Source: Monocercomonoides exilis PA203
Taxonomy: Eukaryota; Protista; Preaxostyla
Assembly: GCA_001643675.2 (NCBI GenBank)
Contig: LSRY02000006.1
Coordinates: 2,013,816-2,077,815, forward strand
Direction: 5' to 3'
Length of the DNA: 64,000 nucleotides
Position numbers and translations under genes: made by a program. This document shows positions 50,701 to 61,230 of this stretch, one piece after another. Every line of letters begins with the position of its first letter. The first letter of the stretch is position 1. The notes under the pieces are model-generated. The model was given only the letters and a program-made list of their open reading frames with translations, ran no database searches and was not told the DNA's origin.

Positions 50701-52598
50701 TCACCCCGTATGTCGTCGACAGCTTGATCCAGTCCTCCACCGTCAGCTCCACATCCTTCACCGCCTTCCCGTCTTTTCCTCCTTTCCCCCGCCTTTCTTC
50801 CCCTTCCCTCCAGCCGGAGCTGAAGAAGATGATGATGAAGCAGATGAAGAGGCAGAAGACGAGCTGCTGCCCTTCGCTGCCCCTTCCCTCCGCTCAATCT
50901 CCTTCGCTCGCTCGTTCTGCACTGCAATAATCCGCCCCACTGCATCGTTGTCTGTGTCCCGCCACTTCTCATACTCCTTCCGCACAATTTTCTCCAGCGA
51001 CGGGTTCTCTGTGAATGTCCCGTACAGCCCCCGCAGCGTCTCCCGGTGGATCGCCATCAGCTCGCAAAGCCCTTCCACCCCGCCGATCTTCTCCCACCAC
51101 CCCCGATTCCCCAGCACCGCAAACACCCGCCGCAGCAGGCTCCGCAGATTCGACCCTCCTCCCGTCGACGACGGCAGCGACCCGTCCTCAATCGCCACCA
51201 GAAACGTCCGCGTGTGGTCCGCAACCACAATCAGATCCCGTCCCAGCTCCACTCCCTCCCGCAGCGTCTTCACTTCCATCCCCAGCCGCTCCGCAATCTC
51301 TGCCCACGTCTTGTCGATGTCCTCGCACTCGTCAATGTTCAGCAGGCAGCTGTACGGCCCAAACTTCCGCCACACACTCGCATCCACCTCCGCCCCCGTC
51401 TTCTCCTTCAGAAACGCCAGCGCCTCCGGAAACACATCCGTGTACGACGTGTTCGACCCGTTCACCAGAAACGGGATACGCTCCAGCCCAATCCCCACAT
51501 CCATCACCCGCAGCGGTAGCGGCGCCCACGTCTTCTTCACCATGTCCGCCTTGAACTCCATAAACACCATGTTCCCCACCTCAATCCCTTTCACAAAGAA
51601 CTCCACACACGGCCCCAGATTCCCGCCCCCAGCCCACACATCCTCGATAAACGTGATGTCCCCCTTCGGGATCCCCAGCGTCTCCGTCAGCCATCGCAGG
51701 TTGTTTTCAATCAGCCGCGTCCGCGGGTACTCCGTGTCTTCCTGCGGATAGAACGACTGGATTCCAATCATCACAAACCCGCTGTAGTGCCGCCCCGAAA
51801 TCCCGATCGAGTCCAGGTCGTTGAACCGCAGGCAGAACTGCGGGCAGATCAGCGGGTTTGCCGGCGGCTTCAGCTCCCCGCTCACGCAGTACGGCTGGAA
51901 CGCATAGATCCCTGCTGCCACATAGTCCACATCATCTCGCCACCGCGCCACCACCGGATACCGCTTGATCGCTGTATGCGGCGGCGTCGTCGTCTCAAAC
52001 GAGCTGCATCACCCACACCCCGCCAAAGCAGAAACACACAAGTCGCAAGTTGCAAGTCAAAAGTCAAAAGCCACAGCCAAATCAAAATGAAATGAAATGA
52101 GATGAGATGAAATTAATTAAAAAAAAAATAAAACGCTGCCCAGCTGCAGCCCTGCACACCTCTTAAACCCTTCCCACGCTTCCTTATACGTGATCTTGTG
52201 GCCCTGCGCCCCGATCCCGCACCCCACCCCGATGTGCCCGTACTTCCCTTCGCAGTTGCTGTCGCCGCATGTCTGCACACATTCACAAAACACACAAACA
52301 CAAAAATCACACAAATCACACGGCCCCCGCAAAAACACCCCAAAAACAGTCTTCAACACAAAAACACTAACAGCAGCAACGCATAACTGTTCGCTCCGGC
52401 GACGCGCGCCAATAGTTGTGCCCGCACTTGCACGTCACCCGCTCGAACCCGTAGTCCTTCAGCACCACGGTGGGGTAGTACTTCTCCCACTCCCGCGCAA
52501 ATATCGGTCTTGCATACGCTTTCAGCTCTTTCGATGAGCACGGATGCGCTTCTTCTTCTGCTGCCATCACAAACAATGGAATCCTTCCCAAAACAAAA
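44975..52598. repeat. Left arm of large inverted segmental duplication (pairs with 56387-64000; likely extends further left)
   Basis: The reverse complement of 56387-64000 matches 44975-52598 nearly base for base. Many mirror ORFs give identical translations. Confidence 0.97.
48841..52567 (-). CDS. alaS: Alanyl-tRNA synthetase, archaeal-type, two introns (copy 1)
   Basis: CKCGHNYW...TCGDSNC Zn motif, RYPVVARWRDD, FQPYCVSGELKPPANPL, DHTRT, LDETLFYPTSGGQENDTG and editing motifs HTATH and ACCGSH. Homopolymer frameshifts at ~50785 and ~49330 are absent in copy 2. Confidence 0.93.
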
Positions 52599-52849
52599 TT
52601 TTTTTGTCCATCTTGATTTTTATTTTTTTAACTTTTTTGTTTGATGCATTTTTGTTTGTGAAAATATAAAAGTAAGTTTTATTATTATTAAAAAAACGAT
52701 TAATCATTTTAAAAAAGAATTAAAATTTGCTTTAAAAAAAAAAAGAAAAAGAAAAAGAAAAAAAAATCTTTTCATTTAAACAATATTTGTAAATTATACA
52801 TGTATAATTTTAATAGGAAGAAGAAAATTTGTATGCAATATTCTTAAAG

Positions 52850-55800
52850 TTATTCAAGAAATACTCCGCAATAGTCTGAAGGAACTGATGGAAAAGGGGA
52901 CAGTTGGTTGGAATTTATGTTGAAGAAATTAGGATTTTGGTAATAGCCAATATTTTGATATGATTGGAAAAGAGGGGTATTTTTTGATGCACTTTCCGAT
53001 TTTGCTTTATCGTCAAAAACAATATTTTTTGCATAAATTTTTGAGTCATTGCCATACTGGATTGACATTTGATGCATATCAACGTTTAGCAAATTAGTTG
53101 ATTGTTCTTCGAATTCACCTGATTTAAGAGGATGAGTATTTTTCTTTTTTTTCCTGACGATACAAAATATCACAACAAATGTCGAAGCTCCAATCACAAC
53201 GGCAGCACCTACAGCAACTCCCACAACCATCGCAATTTTATTTCCCCCCTTTGAGTTTGAGTTAACAACTTTTGACAAATACAATAAATCACCATTGGCG
53301 AAATCATTTGAAGAGCGAAGATAAACCAAGCGAGTGTAAATTTCATCAGAATCGTCACCCCTTTCGCTTGTCAGCTCACGAGAAGATATTTCTGCCGAAG
53401 CAGAAGTCTCACTGTCAATTGAGGAGAAATTAAAACGATTACATTTATTAATCTTGCCCATCTTTAAAAAGACAATTTCAAATGAAAGTGAACAAGGAAT
53501 GAACAATGTCCCTTCAAAAAGCAATGTTGCTGTTTGTGAATCTGAACTTTTATTAAGCTTAACACTTTTCAGAACAGGAATGAAAAATGGAGATTCGAAT
53601 TTGGCAATATCCCCCTCGACTGTACATCCATCGCATAGCAAAAAGAACGATCGAGATTCTTCTGTTCCATCGCCTCCTCGCACATTCTTCACATCAATAT
53701 TTCCATTTTTGTAATAGATGTTTCTTCTTAAAGACGGAAATTCTGTTCCAATTCCATTGTTTTCAAATAAGCAATTATCGAATGAGCTTACTGTGTCAAT
53801 TGCATATAATGCACCAGATATTAAGGAAGAAAAGGTATCATTACTAAAAGTTGCTTCGCAACGTTTAAGATATATGCATCCATCTGTCCAATCACATGAA
53901 ATTGAATTTGAAGGCTTAAGGAACATCTTATTTGGAGATTGGATCATTGCTTCATTAAACTCATTTGTTATTGAAATGCTGTTAAGTGTTAATGACCAAT
54001 CAGTTGCTTTTATGACATTAGAAGATTCACTCTCAGTAACATCAATTTCATCAAACATGCAATCAGAAAAAAGTACATGAGGAAGGGTTTCTTCATTGTC
54101 AAATGCTGATAACAATGAGCTTGATGTCAGCGAATGGGATGAAGATAAATCATTTGATAAAGATGCGAATTCAAACAGTGATCCCGATGATAAAGAAACT
54201 GACGAAACATTAGTTGATTCTATTTTCACATTTGCTGAGTTTTCAAAAAAGAAGACAGAGGCCGAAAACGATAACTTTTCCTGTAACAGCGTTGCAAGAA
54301 AATCTACCTTCATAAATGTGAATGAGTGCAGTTGGAAAGTTTTCGATCTTCACACTAAATGTACAATAAGAGATATTGAAATTGAATCCTGTTGAGGAAA
54401 TAATCGAATTGAGATTTTTGCTCGTTTCTTGAATGACAAGATTCAGCTGTGAAAAGACCATTGTACCATGACAATTAATAAAATCAAACATGGTGGATGG
54501 ATTCTGCTCCTGTACAACAATTTGACTCCGTTCGTTCACTTCATTGTCAGCATCAAACGAGGAAAAGCTTTGATTCGGAGAAGTGATGCACACATCAAAT
54601 ATTATGAGTTCTTGCTGAATAAATGATTTTTCCTTTACAATAATTGTACGCTTTGAAAAGTTTAATTCAGGAAGCAGATGATCAAATCCTCCTTCAATCG
54701 AATAGCATGCATTATTATCATTGCTCGTTCCACATCTTTCCTCATCGATTCCTCTTTCAGAAACAGTTACAACGTAATCTTGTGAAATATTCAAGAATTT
54801 ATTAATCAGATCTACTGGTTCTTCAATTTCATCGTTTGCTCCTTTCATTTGAGCTCTTCCATACACAGCTTCATTTCCTGTTCTATCAAAACAAAAATAT
54901 GAAGGTTTTATTTTATTTTCGAGATCTGGACAGATTAGATAGAACCAAGGAGTTTTTCCATTCAACGATTGGTCTGAAACTGTTATATTCCACTTGATAA
55001 CATTGATTCCAGTGAATTCCAACTGAATAGTATTATCTGCGCAATAAATATACAGCAAAGTTCCATTATGAGCATTTTCGACAACATTTTCTCCAATAAA
55101 TGTGTTGAAAGTGAATGATAGTGCAGAGTTTTGTTGCATGTCCAATAAAAAGGCACCACCTTTTTTAGAGTTAAATGAAATGTTTTTGAATGAGCATTCA
55201 GTTATAATGATTTGCTGTTCATTGCACGAATGCATTTCCAGAATTGTCGGATAATTATTTAGATTGTGAATTGAACTAAAAGTATTTGCTTTCATTTCAA
55301 GCAGAGAATAATTTGATACAAGAGCAATTTCGTTCTGAACTGAAAATATGAGCTTAACACTTGCATTTTCATTCGCATCATGCAATTCTTCAATGTTAAT
55401 CAACACTCCATGATCACTGGAAAAGTCACGTAATGTCTCATACATTTGAAAAATGCTGTCCCAAATTTGCAAATAACATGAAGGATTTGAACGAATTGTT
55501 CCAAATAAGTCTGTCCAATTCGAAAATAGGCATTGTCTAACAAGCAATCTACCAGATTCCACTGTAACCAAATAGTAGCGATGCATTCTTACTGATTTGT
55601 TTCCTATGAAGGAACATTCTAACAAATCAAGACGAGTGTCATAGTCACAGTTGTCTGATGGATCACATCTCGTTCGTATTATTTCCTGATGAACAGTCTC
55701 CATGTTGCCAGGGTCCAAAAACCTAAGACAACAAATTTCTAATACTTTGGAATTATAAAGCAATGGGCCTTCATTTGAATCATGCTCAAAATTTAAAACT

Positions 55801-56330
55801 ACATCGTGCAATTCCTTCTTATTTTCTTTCATAGATGCTATGTATGTATTCCATACATCTACGATTTTATTGTTTTCTATATCTGACATTATGTATATCA
55901 TTCTTTTGTGATCATTTCCACTAAGACGTTCAACTGCATACGTCAAAGTTTTGCACGGATTATCTTTGCTTCCACACTCATCTGTATCTAAAGAATTATT
56001 TTCAACATAAACACTTTCCAGTGGTTGTGATGCGTTATTACGAACATTTCTATCACCATAAGAGAATGCTTCTTTAAATGAAGGTGACGGGAAATCAATA
56101 TTGCAAAATTTTGAATTATTATCTGTAATTTTTTCGTTTCTTTCCATTTGATAATTATTGCCAATCATATTCATAGCAGATATTGCTCCTTTGCATAAAG
56201 CATTTTCGGATATAAAATCATTATCAGTTGTACCATTTTCAACAAAACATTTGCATAAAATGCAAATATTTACAAAAATATATGCAATATTTCTCCAAAT
56301 ACAATAAATATCATCACAAAATAATTTCAT
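52850..56330 (-). CDS. AT-rich type I membrane surface protein of the same beta-helix/Cys-module family, short cytoplasmic tail, no kinase domain
   Basis: DTDECGSKDNPCKTL and DEERCG...C modules, KKGGAF, and the juxtamembrane block RRNI...VRGGDG...PFFIPVL...GTLFIPCSLSF shared with the receptor. TM IAMVVGVAVGAAVVIGASTFVVIFCIV followed by RKKKK. One frameshift near 54278. Confidence 0.8.
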
Positions 56331-56417
56331 AAATAGCTCTTAAAGATCCATAAATCAAAATAATTTTAAAATAGAAAATAGAATATTTTTGTTTTGGGAA
56401 GGATTCCATTGTTTGTG

Positions 56418-59400
56418 ATGGCAGCAGAAGAAGAAGCGCATCCGTGCTCATCGAAAGAGCTGAAAGCGTATGCAAGACCGATATTTGCGCGGGAGTGGGA
56501 GAAGTACTACCCCACCGTGGTGCTGAAGGACTACGGGTTCGAGCGGGTGACGTGCAAGTGCGGGCACAACTATTGGCGCGCGTCGCCGGAGCGAACAGTT
56601 ATGCGTTGCTGCTGTTAGTGTTTTTGTGTTGAAGACTGTTTTTGGGGTGTTTTTGCGGGGGCCGTGTGATTTGTGTGATTTTTGTGTTTGTGTGTTTTGT
56701 GAATGTGTGCAGACATGCGGCGACAGCAACTGCGAAGGGAAGTACGGGCACATCGGGGTGGGGTGCGGGATCGGGGCGCAGGGCCACAAGATCACGTATA
56801 AGGAAGCGTGGGAAGGGTTTAAGAGGTGTGCAGGGCTGCAGCTGGGCAGCGTTTTATTTTTTTTTAATTAATTTCATCTCATCTCATTTCATTTCATTTT
56901 GATTTGGCTGTGGCTTTTGACTTTTGACTTGCAACTTGCGACTTGTGTGTTTCTGCTTTGGCGGGGTGTGGGTGATGCAGCTCGTTTGAGACGACGACGC
57001 CGCCGCATACAGCGATCAAGCGGTATCCGGTGGTGGCGCGGTGGCGAGATGATGTGGACTATGTGGCAGCAGGGATCTATGCGTTCCAGCCGTACTGCGT
57101 GAGCGGGGAGCTGAAGCCGCCGGCAAACCCGCTGATCTGCCCGCAGTTCTGCCTGCGGTTCAACGACCTGGACTCGATCGGGATTTCGGGGCGGCACTAC
57201 AGCGGGTTTGTGATGATTGGAATCCAGTCGTTCTATCCGCAGGAAGACACGGAGTACCCGCGGACGCGGCTGATTGAAAACAACCTGCGATGGCTGACGG
57301 AGACGCTGGGGATCCCGAAGGGGACATCACGTTTATCGAGGATGTGTGGGCTGGGGGCGGGAATCTGGGGCCGTGTGTGGAGTTCTTTGTGAAAGGGATT
57401 GAGGTGGGGAACATGGTGTTTATGGAGTTCAAGGCGGACATGGTGAAGAAGACGTGGGCGCCGCTACCGCTGCGGGTGATGGATGTGGGGATTGGGCTGG
57501 AGCGTATCCCGTTTCTGGTGAACGGGTCGAACACGTCGTACACGGATGTGTTTCCGGAGGCGCTGGCGTTTCTGAAGGAGAAGACGGGGGCGGAGGTGGA
57601 TGCGAGTGTGTGGCGGAAGTTTGGGCCGTACAGCTGCCTGCTGAACATTGACGAGTGCGAGGACATCGACAAGACGTGGGCAGAGATTGCGGAGCGGCTG
57701 GGGATGGAAGTGAAGACGCTGCGGGAGGGAGTGGAGCTGGGACGGGATCTGATTGTGGTTGCGGACCACACGCGGACGTTTCTGGTGGCGATTGAGGACG
57801 GGTCGCTGCCGTCGTCGACGGGAGGAGGGTCGAATCTGCGGAGCCTGCTGCGGCGGGTGTTTGCGGTGCTGGGGAATCGGGGGTGGTGGGAGAAGATCGG
57901 CGGGGTGGAAGGGCTTTGCGAGCTGATGGCGATCCACCGGGAGACGCTGCGGGGGCTGTACGGGACATTCACAGAGAACCCGTCGCTGGAGAAAATTGTG
58001 CGGAAGGAGTATGAGAAGTGGCGGGACACAGACAACGATGCAGTGGGGCGGATTATTGCAGTGCAGAACGAGCGAGCGAAGGAGATTGAGCGGAGGGAAG
58101 GGGCAGCGAAGGGCAGCAGCTCGTCTTCTGCCTCTTCATCTGCTTCATCATCATCTTCTTCAGCTCCGGCTGGAGGGAAGGGGAAGAAAGGCGGGGGGAA
58201 AGGAGGAAAAGACGGGAAGGCGGTGAAGGATGTGGAGCTGACGGTGGAGGACTGGATCAAGCTGTCGACGACATACGGGGTGATGCCAGACCAGATAGCG
58301 AAAGTGACGGGGCAGCAGATCCCGCAGAACTACTACTCGGAGCTGGCGGAGATGAAGGAGAAGACGACGCGGCAGCTGTCGACGGGGGTGAACGCGTATG
58401 CGGAGCAGATGAAAGGGGTGCCGGAGACGAAGGAGCTGCTGTATGCGCGGCGGGAGGAGTCGGATCCGGCGGTGGAGAAGCCGATGGATCTGGAGGACCT
58501 GGGGTTTGAGGGGAGGTGCATCCGGGTGTTTGTGAACAACGAGACGCGGGAGAGGGACCTGGTGGTGCTGGACGAGACGCTGTTCTATCCGACGTCGGGC
58601 GGGCAGGAGAACGACACAGGGAAGCTGTGGATCGAGTTTGGGGGAGGAGAAGGGGAGGAAGAATGCTCGTCGAGTTCATCGAGTTCATCGAGCGATGAGA
58701 AATGCAAGTGCAAGTGCAAGTGCGGGAAGAGGAAGGGGAAAGAGTTTGCAGTGGTGGATGTGGTGAAGTGTGGGCACTGTGTGGCGCACCGGGTGGTGCC
58801 AGCGCTGACAGAGGCAGAGGCGTCGGCGATTGCGAAGGGGTGGGAGAGTGGGGCTGGAGCAGGGGCGGTGAAGGCGTATGGAGAGGTTGACCGGGCGCGG
58901 CGGTACCAGCTGGCGTGCCACCACACCGCGACGCATCTGGTGCATGCAGCAGCGCAGCATGTGCTGGGGCCGCATGTGTGGCAGGCGTCGGCGAAGAAGA
59001 CGGTGAGCGGGGCGCACCTGGACATCACGCACTTTGCAGCGCTGACGCGGGAGGAGGTGCGGGCGATCCAGGACCGGGCGAACGCGCTGGTGATGGCGCG
59101 GCTGCCGATCACGAAGCGGCACATGAAGAAGGAGGATGCAGAGCGGGAGCACGGGTTCTCGCTGTACCAGGGCGGGGTGGTGCCGGGGCTGAATGTGCGA
59201 GTGGTGAGCATGGGGGATGCAGACGTGGAGGCGTGCTGCGGGTCGCACCTGAACAACACGCAGGAGGTGCTGCTGATCCGGGTTGTGGGGGCGACGCGGG
59301 AAGGAGACGGGGCGGTGCGGCTGGAGTTTGTGGCGGGGCCGCGGGCGCGGGAGAGCTACGAGGAGCTGGACGAGCGGGACAGCCAGATCTGCAAGGCGTG

Positions 59401-60144
59401 GGCGACGACGCCGGCGGAGTTCTACTCGTGTGCGGTGAAGTTCTTTGATGCGTACAAGCTGTCGCTGACGCTGCTGCCGAAGTACCAGAACGAGATTGTG
59501 AAGCGGGCGTTTACTCGGTCGAATGCGGCGCTGACGCTGGTGGCGACGGCAGACTTCTCGAACCTGACGTGGTGCATTGCGCGTGCGCCAGTGGCAGCGA
59601 AGCGAGCGATCCGGGCAGCGCAGGAGCAGGCAGAGAAGGCAGAGAAAGAAAAAGGGGAGAAAGGGGCAGAGAGCAGCGAGGCATTCATTGGAAGTCCGAA
59701 TGGGAAGTGGGGGGTTGTGTTTGTGGGGCCGACATATGTGTATGGGATCCTCGGCTGGGTGCCTCCCGCAACATCCTCATCCTCCTCCCTCATCATCATC
59801 GGAATTGGAATCAGAGGAGATCACGATGGAAGGGCTGAAGGCAGTTGTGGATGCAGCCAATGCAGCAACTGAGCCAGCTGCTTCGTCATCACCCTCATCC
59901 TCGTCATCCTCGTCATCCTCATCAACTTCTCCAGCACCAGCAGGAGCGGCAGGTGGAGCAAAGAAGAAGGACAAGGCAGCGCCTTTGGTGGTGGAGGTGG
60001 GGAAAGGGAAGGCAGGGGTGAAGCAGGAGGGAAGGGAAGCCGCTGCCGAACTGGACAGTGCAGCTGAAGTGTGTGTTGCTGCGATCGTGGCAGCCGGTGG
60101 TGGGGTACTTCGAGAAGCATGGGTTTGTGCAGCTGGATCTGTGA
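56418..60144 (+). CDS. alaS: Alanyl-tRNA synthetase, archaeal-type (copy 2); introns 56598-56712 and 56826-56980
   Basis: Same motifs as copy 1. GT-AG introns restore the frame (..PERT|TCGD.., ..GFK|SSFETT..). Indels at ~57320, ~59790 and ~60030 are absent in copy 1. Confidence 0.93.
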
Positions 60145-61230
60145 TTGCAGCACAAAAGAGGGGAAAAATGAAGGAGGAAAGGCAGCAGATGTCCTTTTGA
60201 GAGTTTGAGAGTTGTTGGCTGACGAAGGGGCATGACTGGCCATAATTGCTTCGAATATTCATGTTTCTGCATTCATTCGTTGCTCTGTTGTTTCTCTCAG
60301 TACTTTTATTTCTTTATTTATTTATTTAATTTTTTTTTATTCATCAATTATCAATCATAGTCATTAACGTAATCATAATAATTATTATCTTCTTTATCTT
60401 TGTCTTCCTTTTCTCGTTTTGTTTTTTATGTTTGCCTTTGCCTTTGCTTTCACTTCTGCTCTGCGATGCTCTACTGAATGGGCATTGGCTGCACCCACAA
60501 CACGCTGTACACTCTATTTAGCAAACATTCACTTTCTTTTCTTTCTCATTCTCTTATTATTGGTGGTGGTAGATGATTGGCCCACTTCTCTGTGCATTTA
60601 TTGAGAAAATGACCAAAAGGTTCACCAAAAATTATTTGCAGATGGGAACAGACCTCCTCTCTTTTCTTAACCTTTGTCTGTTCAACCTCTCCTGTCGCTT
60701 CAATTTTCATTCTCACGTCAAATGTGGAGAATAACCATGAGCACAAAAAGCAGACAAGAAGGCATGGGAAAAATAAAGTTCTTTGAAATCATTGTTTCAT
60801 CAAAACTCTTTCGTTTTTGTTTTGATTGTTCAGAATTGTGAAAAGATGCCAATGCTTTTATCGGAATGTTGTTGTGTACTAGCTGTGGCCCAAACGAACA
60901 AATTCAATGCCTTACTCCCCACATCTCCAAATTGTTGAAACTGTTTGAAATGACAACTCCTTTCAAAACAAAAAACAAAAAGTGAAATAAAAGATAAAAA
61001 GAAAACAGAAGGGAAAACAGAAGCTTTCCATCTTTACCCATTGCAACACACCCAACAACCAAAAACAGGTGAAAGGCATCTGACTCTCTCAATGAAAGAG
61101 CCAATACCCCACAAAAACAAACAAAAAACATTCAAAGCTCAAATGCTTCTGTTTTCTTCTCTTCCCATCCAATCCCAAATGGTATCTTCACAAGCTCCAC
61201 AAACACAAACACCAACCCCTCAAACACTTT

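Noticed and set aside
41990-60030. Frameshifts in receptor and AlaRS as programmed frameshifting or pseudogenisation
   Set aside because: They fall in homopolymers or short repeats and, where both copies are visible, differ between copies so that the consensus is intact; most simply sequencing error.
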